From Candidatus Krumholzibacteriia bacterium (GTDB lineage Bacteria; Krumholzibacteriota; Krumholzibacteriia; Krumholzibacteriales; Krumholzibacteriaceae), in NCBI GenBank assembly GCA_963836185.1, contig CAWIIQ010000001.1, positions 1,696,001 to 1,760,000 of the forward strand: 64,000 nt of DNA, in the 5' to 3' direction. This document shows positions 18,996 to 28,494 of this stretch, one piece after another; positions within the stretch are counted from its first letter, which is position 1; each line of letters starts with the position of its first letter. A program made the translations under genes and the position numbers. Below the pieces are notes generated by a model that ran no database searches, was not told the origin of the DNA, and saw only the letters and a program-made list of their open reading frames with translations.

Positions 18996-19197
18996 CTGCT
19001 CCGTCTCCTGAAAGATCCTCGTAGTCGGCGTCATCGATCTTCTGATCGGTCAAAGTACCGTATACATCCTCACCCTGCCCGTCCACTTTTCCTCCTGCCT
19101 CGCCTGACGCGCCTGCGATCCACCTGGCGAGCCATTTGATCAGGTACCACCCAATCGCGATGAAGAAGATTATTCTCAGCAGGGACAACACTTGCAC
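18985..19197 (-). CDS. Small hypothetical single-TM protein
   Basis: N-terminal TM helix; acidic tail with KIDDADYED. Confidence 0.6.
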   Translation of the reverse strand: MQVLSLLRIIFFIAIGWYLIKWLARWIAGASGEAGGKVDGQGEDVYGTLTDQKIDDADYEDLSGDGADDT

Positions 19198-19222
19198 GCG
19201 ATCCTTCCGTTTTACTCCCGGA

Positions 19223-20899
19223 TCATCTCTCTACAGCGAATCTTCCCTGGTATTCCGTCGTTCTGCCGCTTTCATCGACAACGACCGACCTGTACAGGTA
19301 TATACCCGAAGCGAGGTCATGGATTCCGGGAAAAAGATCGCCGCAGGAATAACAGCTGAGGCCACGGGGCACAGAGTTCCTCGATCCCGATCCGAAACTG
19401 GCACTTCCAAGCCTCGTGCCCTCGATCGAAAATATATCGAGCGTGAGATTTGCCTCCAGGGTCGTATTTATACAGAACATCGCCTCACTGAAGGAGCGAT
19501 TGATGGGGTTCGGGCTGAAGTGCTGTTCAAAGACCTCTTCGTCCGTCCCCTCTACGGCGAAGAGAGCCGATGCCCTGTTATCCGACGGATCGTCATCCAT
19601 CCCCGAGACGGTTATCTCAGCGGTCACGACATTTCCCCCGCCGAGCCCGCTGCCCGTGCCGAGATCGATATCTGCATAAGAGAATCGCAATGGGTCAGCC
19701 GCTGGAAGATCATCGGAATAGATCCTCTGCCTGCCATTGCTGTTCTCGAGCCAGACGTCAAGATGGACAATAGATCCGGCTGGAGGCACCGATCCGCCCG
19801 TGTTTCTGACCCTCGGACGTATTGATATCTCCTCGCCTTCGTGAAATACGTTCTCAAGCCTGATCGCTCCGTTGACAAGCACAAGCAGGTCCGCTTCCAG
19901 CATCGAGATCTCAGCCGGAGCACCGGAGAACGACGCGATGAAGCCATTCATCAGGGCCGCTATCCTTCGCGTCTGTTCAAAATCCACATTCTCGATAAGA
20001 TCGTCTACCGTATGATAGTCGGGATAGGTGATCGACCCTGTAGGCGCGAGAGGCTCGGCTAGGGTTATCGCGGGCAGTCTTTCCGGACGGCGGTCCCAGA
20101 ACGAGGCATGATCCCAGTTCGCAGGACCGGGCTTTATCAATATCATCGGCAGTGATGGATCCGTCGATGCCGCGTAATCGATGATCATTTCGGCGAGCCA
20201 ACCGGAACGGAAATCGCTCATGACTGTCGCTCCCGTGCCGTTCCGTGAATACCCGATCATATCGGCGTTGATCACCCCGAGATGACTCTCGGCGCAATCC
20301 TCGTCACAGAGAGAAACGTAATGTATGCTTCCTATCCTCCCCAGCTCCTCTGCACTAAAGAGGATGAACTCGAGGTCGAACGGGAGATCGACAGATGAAA
20401 GTATCCTGGCAGCCTCCATAACGGCGGCCACCCCCGTCGCGTTGTCATCCGCTCCCGGCGCCGCCGAGTGTACCCATGCATCATCCCAGCTTCCCGGATA
20501 GCTGCGCCGCGCTATCGCGTCGAAGTGAGCCGTCAGCAGGAAGACCCCGGATGAAGGGCCTGCCGCCTCCAGTCTGCATATGATATTCTCGCCTGTATAC
20601 GTTGTATCACGGTCCTCGATCCTTATCGTATCGATGAAGCTCTGCCGTATCGCAGAGACTCCGGTGTAACGCTCAAGTCTGGCTGTCAGGGAATCAGCGA
20701 TTTCCGCGAGTTCGGCTTCTCTCGCAACGTACCTGCTCCGGGGAAGCGAGGTGGAGGGATCGATAGAGAGGAATCTGACCATAGCCTCGAGAGAATCAGC
20801 GTCGGCCAGGGTCCCTCCCGGCGCCGCGCCGCTCTCTGTCACTAAAGGAAGGACCGCCAGAGCGCTTACTGCCGCGAGAATAATGATCCGGGTCTTCAA
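19223..20899 (-). CDS. Secreted M28 metallo-aminopeptidase with CARDB-like and C-terminal sorting-like domains
   Basis: Signal peptide; AHFD, PGADDNATG, AEE, NADMIG, DH, YHTVDD; C-terminal FSPNP...IFSIEG...LASGIYLY. Confidence 0.88.
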   Translation of the reverse strand: MKTRIIILAAVSALAVLPLVTESGAAPGGTLADADSLEAMVRFLSIDPSTSLPRSRYVAREAELAEIADSLTARLERYTGVSAIRQSFIDTIRIEDRDTTYTGENIICRLEAAGPSSGVFLLTAHFDAIARRSYPGSWDDAWVHSAAPGADDNATGVAAVMEAARILSSVDLPFDLEFILFSAEELGRIGSIHYVSLCDEDCAESHLGVINADMIGYSRNGTGATVMSDFRSGWLAEMIIDYAASTDPSLPMILIKPGPANWDHASFWDRRPERLPAITLAEPLAPTGSITYPDYHTVDDLIENVDFEQTRRIAALMNGFIASFSGAPAEISMLEADLLVLVNGAIRLENVFHEGEEISIRPRVRNTGGSVPPAGSIVHLDVWLENSNGRQRIYSDDLPAADPLRFSYADIDLGTGSGLGGGNVVTAEITVSGMDDDPSDNRASALFAVEGTDEEVFEQHFSPNPINRSFSEAMFCINTTLEANLTLDIFSIEGTRLGSASFGSGSRNSVPRGLSCYSCGDLFPGIHDLASGIYLYRSVVVDESGRTTEYQGRFAVER

Positions 20900-20962
20900 C
20901 GGTATGTCCTTTCAAGTGGCTTCGCCGCCCCACACTGAACGGCGGGACGGCGAAACCTGTAA

Positions 20963-21036
20963 CACGCCCGAGAGGATTCGAACCTCCGACACCCAGCTCC
21001 GGAGGCTGGTGCTCTATCCAGCTGAGCTACGGGCGC
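20963..21036 (-). tRNA. tRNA-Arg(CCG), CCA not encoded
   Basis: GCGCCCG/CGGGCGT acceptor stem; anticodon arm CCAGC-CTCCGGA-GCTGG; GGTTCGAATCC T-arm. Confidence 0.96.
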
Positions 21037-22717
21037 TTTTCCCTCCGTCGAGAAGCTCCTCGGCCAGTCTTTCCCTCAATTCTCCCCGGCCTCCGAGCAT
21101 CCTCGTTATCTCTTCGGTCCTCTGTTTTCCGGTCAGGACAGAGGCTGTCGTCCTCGTCCTTCCCCCGCTAACGGTCTTTTCGATCGATATGTGCTGCACG
21201 GCGCCTGCCGCGACCTGAGGCAGGTGTGTGATGCATATTACCTGGTACCTCCCAGACAGCTCCGAGAGTTTCCCGGCGACTACGGTCCCCATGTCGGCTC
21301 CGAGACCGGTATCTATCTCGTCGAAGATAAGGGTAGGTATCCGTCTTTCACGGACCAGGAGTTTCTTGAGCACGAGGGTGATCCTCGAAAGCTCTCCGCC
21401 GGACGCGACATCGGTGAGAGGATGAAGCTCCTCTCCCACATTGGTCCGTATCATAAACTCCACTTCATCCCTGCCCCCGTCGAATAAATCTAGCTCATCG
21501 CTATCTTCCATGAAAGCCCTAATTTCCCGCGTTCGCAGGGCCGTAGAGAACAGGGCGCCTTTCATGCCCAGTTCTGCGAGCTCCGATGTCACATCGGCGT
21601 CAAGTCTTGCCGCTGCCCTCTTTCTTTCCCGCGTGAGCCTGTCCATCACAGGTTCGAGAAGAGCCTGTGCCTCGACGACAGCTGCCCGTGCCTCCTCTAT
21701 CCCGTCTGAGCCTTCATCGAGGCTCCTGAGGACCTCCCTGATCCTGTCCCGCTCAGAGACCAGCCCATCGGCATCTGTCTTGTACTTCCTGGCGTGCCTC
21801 TGAATGGCAGCAAGCCTCTCCTGAAGAGGTTCGAGCGATTCTCCGTCTTCATCTTCAGAGCCCTGCCGGGAACCGATATCTCTTGCCGTTTCCTTCAGCG
21901 ATATGACCGCTGACGCGATCTCGTCTGCCGCCCTCTGCCACCTTTCATCCAGGTCGGAAATCGAAGCGATCGCCTTTTCCGCCTCTCCGGCCATATCTAT
22001 CGCGCCGCCCTCTCCGGCGAGCCGCTCGACAGCGGACTCCAGCGCGGAGCTGTACCGCTGCATATTTTCCAGGAGGTTTATACGCTTCTCCAATCTATCG
22101 GCGACGCCTGTTTCGAGTCTCAGCGCATCGAGTTCCCTCAACTGGAACCTGAGAAACTCATCCTTCTGCCTGTTCTCATTCTGCTCGACGAGAAGTTTTC
22201 TGAGGCGCTTCCAGGACTCCCTGAAAGAGGCGCTCTTCTCCCTGCATTCTTCGAGGAGGGGATCATACCCACCCGTCATATCAAGAAAACGGACATGCCT
22301 GTTCGAGTCGAGAAGTTCCTGCTGTCCGTGCTGGCCGTGCAGTTCGATCAGAGCGGAAGTGACTGCCCTGGCATTCGAACCGGTCGAGACTGCTCCGTTT
22401 ATCCGTATCTTGCTCCTGCCGGACACGGAGAAATCCCTCCGGATCGACAGATGCTCGTCGCTGTCATCCATTCCGAACATTTCTCTTATTTCCCTGGAAT
22501 CAGATGGAACCCTGAATATTCCTTCGATGAAGAGGGTGTCGGTACCCTTGCGTATCATCGACTTTTTGGCCCTGCTGCCGGAAAGCAGCTCGACCGCGGC
22601 GAGTATGATCGATTTTCCCGCTCCGGTCGAGCCGGTAAGGACGTTTAGTCCCTCCGTGAACTCGATGACGGCATCTTCGACTACTGCCAGGTTGCGGATC
22701 CTCAGTTCCTCGAGCAT
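21014..22717 (-). CDS. recN: DNA repair protein RecN
   Basis: LTGSTGAGKS, ELHGQH, VASGGELSR, LIFDEIDTG, QVICITHLPQVA. Confidence 0.96.
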   Translation of the reverse strand: MLEELRIRNLAVVEDAVIEFTEGLNVLTGSTGAGKSIILAAVELLSGSRAKKSMIRKGTDTLFIEGIFRVPSDSREIREMFGMDDSDEHLSIRRDFSVSGRSKIRINGAVSTGSNARAVTSALIELHGQHGQQELLDSNRHVRFLDMTGGYDPLLEECREKSASFRESWKRLRKLLVEQNENRQKDEFLRFQLRELDALRLETGVADRLEKRINLLENMQRYSSALESAVERLAGEGGAIDMAGEAEKAIASISDLDERWQRAADEIASAVISLKETARDIGSRQGSEDEDGESLEPLQERLAAIQRHARKYKTDADGLVSERDRIREVLRSLDEGSDGIEEARAAVVEAQALLEPVMDRLTRERKRAAARLDADVTSELAELGMKGALFSTALRTREIRAFMEDSDELDLFDGGRDEVEFMIRTNVGEELHPLTDVASGGELSRITLVLKKLLVRERRIPTLIFDEIDTGLGADMGTVVAGKLSELSGRYQVICITHLPQVAAGAVQHISIEKTVSGGRTRTTASVLTGKQRTEEITRMLGGRGELRERLAEELLDGGKSARSSAG

Positions 22718-22732
22718 GCGGCTCTCCTCCCG

Positions 22733-23587
22733 TCATCTCTTCCTCAGCACACCGCCCCATTTGAGTTTTCTTCTCAGAAGATCATAGAAGTCGTATTCCC
22801 CGCTGACGACCAGCTTCGTGACTTTGTCGCTCCTCCCTACCCTGATCCTGTCGCCCTCACTGATATGGCAGGCCTCCTGCCCGTCGATCGTTATCATAGA
22901 TTCCCCTCCCTCGGCCAGTTCGATAGTGAGGGTCTCCTCACTGCTTATGACAACAGGCCTGACCGAGAGGGAATGAGGACACAAAGGCGTCAGGATGAAC
23001 GACTCGAGGGTCACCGGGTTAATGATCGGTCCCCCGGCAGCGAGGGAGTAAGCAGTCGAACCCGTGGGCGTCGAGACGATCAGCCCGTCAGCGAGATATT
23101 CGCCAAACAGGGTGTCCCCGATAGACAGTCTCAGGTGCAGCACCCGCGAAACTCCGACTCCGTGGATCACTATATCGTTAAGGGCCGTGAAAACCTCTCC
23201 TTCATCGTCATCTTCCTTGACGCTTTCGAGGCGCATCCTTTCCTGGATCACACATTTTCCCGAGAACAGATCGGTCACCGCCCGTTCCGGATCGTCCTCC
23301 GTAAGGAATCCGAGGCTTCTGATCTTTATACCCAGCACCGGGATCTCATCTGCCTCGACAAGCCTTGCCGTCCTGAGAAACGTCCCGTCCCCTCCCAGAG
23401 AAGCGACAATATCGCACACTGAAAGGGAATCGACACTATCGATCCTTCCGCCGGTGAGAAGGTTCGCCGTTTCTTCGAGAGCGACTATTCTCACTCCGTC
23501 CGGAACGAGGGATATCACCCTGGACATGACCTCCCGGATCTCTTTCTTCTTCACGTTGGATACGATACCAAATGTGGTGATGTTCAT
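22733..23587 (-). CDS. nadK: NAD kinase
   Basis: LGGDGTFL, LGFLT, ADGLIVSTPTGSTAYSLAAGGP. Confidence 0.95.
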   Translation of the reverse strand: MNITTFGIVSNVKKKEIREVMSRVISLVPDGVRIVALEETANLLTGGRIDSVDSLSVCDIVASLGGDGTFLRTARLVEADEIPVLGIKIRSLGFLTEDDPERAVTDLFSGKCVIQERMRLESVKEDDDEGEVFTALNDIVIHGVGVSRVLHLRLSIGDTLFGEYLADGLIVSTPTGSTAYSLAAGGPIINPVTLESFILTPLCPHSLSVRPVVISSEETLTIELAEGGESMITIDGQEACHISEGDRIRVGRSDKVTKLVVSGEYDFYDLLRRKLKWGGVLRKR

Positions 23588-25503
23588 CGCGTTCCTCCGT
23601 CGGTCCCGGGAATTCCGCGGATGGAGACCGAGGAGAGCACTGTCCCGGCGATTCTCCCGGCAGACAGCCCGAGCTCGTCGAGAAGTTCCTCACGGCCGCC
23701 GTGCGGGACAAAAAGGTCCCCTATACCTATTCTTGTGACCTTCGAGGAGATATCGGCTTCGGCCAGATACCTTGTCACGGCATCTCCGAAACCGCCGGCC
23801 ACAGCGTTCTCTTCGATGATAAAGACCGGCCTGTCTCCAGCTGCGGACTTGTTTATCATCTCAACATCCAGCGGTTTGACAAATCTCGCATCGATCACTG
23901 CGACATCTATCCCTTTTGCGGCAAGAATCCCCGCTGCTTCTACTGCCGGCACTACCATGGAGCCCACTGCAATAAGGGCCGCGTCAGCGCCCTCGGACAG
24001 CATCCTGGCCTTTCCGAACTCGACAGGTTCATCGCATGTGGCCATATCCACACCTTCGATACTTCCCCTGGGAAACCTGATCGCCGAAGGGCCTGAATCG
24101 ATCGTCAGGGAAGCAGTCAACATCCTTGTCAATTCGCATTCATCCGACGGCGCCATCACTATCATGTTCGGGACCATGCCCAGATAACTCAGATCGAATG
24201 TTCCGTGATGTGTCGGCCCATCCTCTCCCACGATGCCGGCTCTGTCCAATATGAAACGGACCGGTAATTTTTGAAGGGCGACATCGTGAATCACCTGGTC
24301 AAAACCACGCTGGAGAAATGTGGAGTAGATCGCGACGTAAGGTTTCATCCCTTCCCGCGCCAGCCCCGCCGCAAACGTGACAGCGTGCTGTTCGCTGATA
24401 CCGACATCGAAGATCCTGTCAGGGAATTCTTCGGCAAAGCAGCTCAGCCCGGTACCTTCTTTCATCGCCGCAGTGATAGCAACTATCCTGTCGTCATCCC
24501 GCGCCATCCGCGTAAGTGTCTCACCGAAGACCTTGCTGTATTTTTTCTTGCCCTTTCCGCTTCTCGAATCTCCAGTGGTCTTATAGAAACTTCCAATTCC
24601 GTGAAATTTTTCCGAATCCTTTTCCGCAAAGGAATACCCTTTCCCTTTTTTCGTCACGACATGGACCATTACGGGGCCCGGCAGCTGGTGCAGGCTCGAA
24701 AATGTATCAATAAGCTGAGGTATATCATGCCCGTCAAGCGGTCCCAGGTACCTGAACCCGAGTTCTTCGAAGAGGATGGTCGGAACAACAAGATTCTTTA
24801 TACTTTCCTTGATCCTGCTGGCGAGTGTTCTAGCCTTGCTTCCATGAGGAATCTTCCCCAGGAGTTCCCAGATGTCGGCCTCGAGCTGCAGGTAAAGATT
24901 CTGCGTGGTGATCTTCGTAAGATATTTCGCCAGAGCGCCCACATTCCTGGAGATCGACATCTCGTTGTCATTCAGTATGACTACGAACCTGTTCTTTTTC
25001 AGGTGTCCGGCATGGTTGATACCTTCGAGGGACATCCCTCCCGATATCGCGCCGTCACCTACGACTCCTATGACGAAATTGTCCTCTCCCCGCAGATCCC
25101 TCGCGGCAGCAAGACCCAGTGCCGCTGAGATCGCCGTACAGGCGTGACCTGCTCCGAATATGTCGTGTTCGCTTTCGGAGATCTTCGGGAAGCCGCTTAT
25201 TCCATCCTTCGTCCTGAGATCCTTGAACGCTTCACGTCTTCCCGTGATTATCTTGTGCGTATAGCTCTGATGGCCCACGTCCCAGACGATCCTGTCGCGC
25301 GGAGAATCAAATATGTAGTGAAGTGCCAGCGTCAGTTCCACGCTTCCAAGACTGGATGCGAGATGGCCGCCTCTCATTGAGAGGACCTCAATGATGTAGT
25401 TCCTGATCTCTTCAGCAAGGACAGGCAGCTGTTCGACCTTGAGTCTCTTCAGGTCACCCGGTGAATCGATCGTGGAAAGTATCTCACTGCTGCTCAAATC
25501 CAC
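23584..25503 (-). CDS. dxs: 1-deoxy-D-xylulose-5-phosphate synthase
   Basis: GGHLASSLG, WDVGHQSY, GDGA, NDNEMSIS, DVGISEQH, DRAG..GEDGPTH. Confidence 0.97.
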   Translation of the reverse strand: MDLSSSEILSTIDSPGDLKRLKVEQLPVLAEEIRNYIIEVLSMRGGHLASSLGSVELTLALHYIFDSPRDRIVWDVGHQSYTHKIITGRREAFKDLRTKDGISGFPKISESEHDIFGAGHACTAISAALGLAAARDLRGEDNFVIGVVGDGAISGGMSLEGINHAGHLKKNRFVVILNDNEMSISRNVGALAKYLTKITTQNLYLQLEADIWELLGKIPHGSKARTLASRIKESIKNLVVPTILFEELGFRYLGPLDGHDIPQLIDTFSSLHQLPGPVMVHVVTKKGKGYSFAEKDSEKFHGIGSFYKTTGDSRSGKGKKKYSKVFGETLTRMARDDDRIVAITAAMKEGTGLSCFAEEFPDRIFDVGISEQHAVTFAAGLAREGMKPYVAIYSTFLQRGFDQVIHDVALQKLPVRFILDRAGIVGEDGPTHHGTFDLSYLGMVPNMIVMAPSDECELTRMLTASLTIDSGPSAIRFPRGSIEGVDMATCDEPVEFGKARMLSEGADAALIAVGSMVVPAVEAAGILAAKGIDVAVIDARFVKPLDVEMINKSAAGDRPVFIIEENAVAGGFGDAVTRYLAEADISSKVTRIGIGDLFVPHGGREELLDELGLSAGRIAGTVLSSVSIRGIPGTDGGTR

Positions 25504-25514
25504 CCGCCTCTTTC

Positions 25515-25952
25515 CTACATCAACATATACGCGAGTGTCGTACCCAGGACGACACCGCTGAGCACATCGAGCGGCCTGTATTGAAGTACTCTCTTCATCC
25601 CGTCGGAATCGAATTCACCGGACCCGTAGACACTTGATATGATCCGGTTCAGGACATCCACCTGCTTCTCTTTCTCCCTCTTTACCCGCATCGTGTCATG
25701 AAGGATCACGATACTGTATGTCGTGCCGACCGAGTAGAGAAGAGAAGAATATCCGTACTTAATGCCTATCACGGTCGACAGGGCGGAGAAGACGGCGGCA
25801 TGCACATTCGGCAGCCCGTCGGGCCGGAAGAGTCCGCCAGGCATGAATCTTCTCTCCATGACCGAATATATGATAAGCTTCAGGAACTGGCAGACCAGCC
25901 CCGCAATGACCGGAACCAGGAAAATATCCCTGTATAATATCTGCCTCATCAT
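25515..25952 (-). CDS. Divergent PAP2 family (DUF212) membrane protein with degenerate motifs
   Basis: Q.LK, DGLPNVHAA, HDTMRVKRE...Q..VLN; located between ispA and dxs. Confidence 0.75.
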   Translation of the reverse strand: MMRQILYRDIFLVPVIAGLVCQFLKLIIYSVMERRFMPGGLFRPDGLPNVHAAVFSALSTVIGIKYGYSSLLYSVGTTYSIVILHDTMRVKREKEKQVDVLNRIISSVYGSGEFDSDGMKRVLQYRPLDVLSGVVLGTTLAYMLM

Positions 25953-25953
25953 T

Positions 25954-26844
25954 TCAGGAAGTCCGATCTACCACCAGGCGGAAAAGGTATTCGAGATAAC
26001 CGTCATCGCTGAGAGATCCCGCTTTTCCTGCCGCCCCATCAATCAGACGGGCAGCGGTCTCACGGGACGATTCCACACCATAACTTGATGGCCAGGTGAT
26101 TTTCCCCTTTTTAATATCCTTCCGCAACCCTTTTCCGACCTTCTCTTCGTTCCCTTCCAGGTCGAGCAGGTCGTCCACTATCTGGAACGCAAGCCCCGCT
26201 TCCCGCCCGATCTCTCCGATCAGTTCGATCTCTTCCAACTCTGCCGAAGCCAGTGCGGCTCCTATCCTCAGGGATACCGATATCAGCTCAGCAGTCTTCC
26301 GCAGATGGATATATTCTACAAGCCCTGCTTCGGGGTCGCGCCCTTCACTTTCGATATCCGCGGCCTGTCCTCCTACGAGAAGCCTCGAACCTGCCGATGA
26401 GGCCAGCATCCAGACCGAGAGGGTGACATCTTCCGGATTCGCCCCGCTGCAGGCCGACAAGGTCTCAAACGAAAGAGCCTGCAGGGCGTCACCCGCGAGA
26501 AGTGCGGTAGCCTCATCGAACTGGACATGGCACGAGGGCCTCCCGCGCCTCACATCATCGTCGTCAAGCATTGGAAGGTCATCGTGGATCAGGGTGTATG
26601 CGTGCAGAAACTCGATCGCCGCTGCGGCCGACAACGCGTCTGCCGGATGAGGGTCTCCGAACATCCTGTGGGCCTGCAGGCAGAGCACGCCCCTGAACCT
26701 CTTGCCGCCCTCGAGAGAGGAATATCTCATCGCCTCGTGAAGGACTGCCGGGCGCTCGCCGGCATCCGGCAATATCTCTTCCATCTTCCGCTCGATCGAC
26801 GCCCTGTCAGAGGCCATTCTCTCCAACATGGGATCCTCACTCAT
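25954..26844 (-). CDS. ispA: Polyprenyl (farnesyl) diphosphate synthase
   Basis: GGKRFR, LIHDDLP.LDDDDVRRG, GGQAADI, FQIVDDLLD; start at ATG 26844. Confidence 0.95.
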   Translation of the reverse strand: MSEDPMLERMASDRASIERKMEEILPDAGERPAVLHEAMRYSSLEGGKRFRGVLCLQAHRMFGDPHPADALSAAAAIEFLHAYTLIHDDLPMLDDDDVRRGRPSCHVQFDEATALLAGDALQALSFETLSACSGANPEDVTLSVWMLASSAGSRLLVGGQAADIESEGRDPEAGLVEYIHLRKTAELISVSLRIGAALASAELEEIELIGEIGREAGLAFQIVDDLLDLEGNEEKVGKGLRKDIKKGKITWPSSYGVESSRETAARLIDGAAGKAGSLSDDGYLEYLFRLVVDRTS

Positions 26845-27049
26845 CAGGAGCTTCCTCCTCGAGCTTTCCGGAAAGATCCTTGATCCGCCTGTCAGCATCA
26901 TCGAGGATCTTCCTGCACTTATTCCCTATCTTCATGCCTTCTTCGTATAACCTGATGCTTTCCTCGAGGGGAACCTTCTCTTCCTCGAGTCTGCGGACGA
27001 TCTCTTCGAGACGCTTCATCGCGTCTTCGAAGGTAACCTTCTGCGCCAT
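26837..27049 (-). CDS. xseB: Exodeoxyribonuclease VII small subunit
   Basis: TFEDAMKRLEEIVRRLE...LEESIRLYEEG. Confidence 0.94.
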   Translation of the reverse strand: MAQKVTFEDAMKRLEEIVRRLEEEKVPLEESIRLYEEGMKIGNKCRKILDDADRRIKDLSGKLEEEAPDE

Positions 27050-28494
27050 TGGTCGTCCTTTCTCCTGCTCTCCACCAGACATCCCGCGTCCCCGTCGTGA
27101 AAGTTGACGGAGATCCTTCCTCCCTCTTCGAGCTCCTCGATACTGCCAATTATCGTGCTTCCATCCGCCGCGGTACAATATGTATATCCCCGTCCCAGGA
27201 CCTCTTTCGGTCCCAGGCCCTTCAGCGCCCTGAGTTTTCCTGACAGATCGGAACTTGCCGAGACCGAATTTCCCTCGATCTTCAGCCTGAGCGTATTCAT
27301 CAGATTCTCGAGCCTCTCCCTCCTCGCCTCCACCCCTCCTGCCGGCGAATACCTTGCTATGCGCTCAGACAGGGCGCCCAGCCTTCCTTCGGTCACCCGC
27401 ATGGTTCCCGTCAGGATAGCCCCGAGTCTGTCACCGAGATCACGCACCCTTGACATGCCCGTATCAGTAACCGCCTCCCGCCATCCGACCAGTCTGTCTA
27501 CCCTGTCTGTCAGCTCCAGCCTGGAGCGGTCGAGCGTATGTTCGATAGACGGGAAAGCGGAGGAGCGAAGCATGAACTCGACACGGTCCAGCCTTTTTAT
27601 CGCGTCAGCCGAGCAGAGAGTCGCGATCTTCTCGACAAGCATGTCGAGTCCTCTTCTTATCTCCTGAGAATCGGGAGAGACGACCTCAGCCGCGGCAGTC
27701 GGCGTCGCCGCGCTCACATCCGAGACGTAATCGCAGACCGTCGTATCGATCTCGTGGCCGATCCCGGTGACCACGGGGAAAGGGCAGTCCGCTACTGCTC
27801 TCGCTACCGGTTCGGAATTGAACGTCCAGAGATCTCCTGCGCTCCCCCCGCCCCTGGCCAGTATGACAACATCAATCCCTTCCATCTCTTTCAAACGTTC
27901 AAATGCCTCGACTATAGATCGGCCGGAATCATCACCCTGCACCGCGACCGGCAGGAGTACTGTCCTGGCGATCGGCCAGCGCCGGGCCAGGGTCGTCTGA
28001 ATATCCTTGATCGCGGCTCCAGCGGATGACGTTATGACAGCGATCATCTCTGGATACGCGGGGAGCTCCTTCTTTATTCCGGGATCGGTCAGCCCTTCAT
28101 CCATCAGCCTGGCGAGAAGCCTTCTCTTATCGAGCTCCAGTTCCCCCTCTCCCGCCATTCGCAGGCTGTCGGCTATAAGCTGTGTCCTGCCTCCCCCTCC
28201 GTAATGGGATATCCGCCCCGCTGCGACGGCAGTCATACCATTCTCGGGGGCAAAGTCGACGTTCCTCGTATTCCTGCTGAATATTACTACACCGAGTCTG
28301 CTCGACTCGTCGCGCAGAGTAAAATAGAAATGTCCCGAAGAATGCGCTGTGAAATTAGCTATCTCGCCAAGGACCGTGACATGTGGGAATTCCGATTCGA
28401 GACTCTGCCGGATCGCGTCTGAGAGTTCTGAAACGGTGTATATGTCGTCGGTCTCTTCCCCGGGGAGATGGTTATCGCGGCTCTCCATCATCAT
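27016..28494 (-). CDS. xseA: Exodeoxyribonuclease VII large subunit
   Basis: SGHFYFTLRD, ARGGGS..DLW.FN, GIGHEID, ATPTAAAE, L.RGY. Confidence 0.95.
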   Translation of the reverse strand: MMMESRDNHLPGEETDDIYTVSELSDAIRQSLESEFPHVTVLGEIANFTAHSSGHFYFTLRDESSRLGVVIFSRNTRNVDFAPENGMTAVAAGRISHYGGGGRTQLIADSLRMAGEGELELDKRRLLARLMDEGLTDPGIKKELPAYPEMIAVITSSAGAAIKDIQTTLARRWPIARTVLLPVAVQGDDSGRSIVEAFERLKEMEGIDVVILARGGGSAGDLWTFNSEPVARAVADCPFPVVTGIGHEIDTTVCDYVSDVSAATPTAAAEVVSPDSQEIRRGLDMLVEKIATLCSADAIKRLDRVEFMLRSSAFPSIEHTLDRSRLELTDRVDRLVGWREAVTDTGMSRVRDLGDRLGAILTGTMRVTEGRLGALSERIARYSPAGGVEARRERLENLMNTLRLKIEGNSVSASSDLSGKLRALKGLGPKEVLGRGYTYCTAADGSTIIGSIEELEEGGRISVNFHDGDAGCLVESRRKDDQWRRRLPSKTR

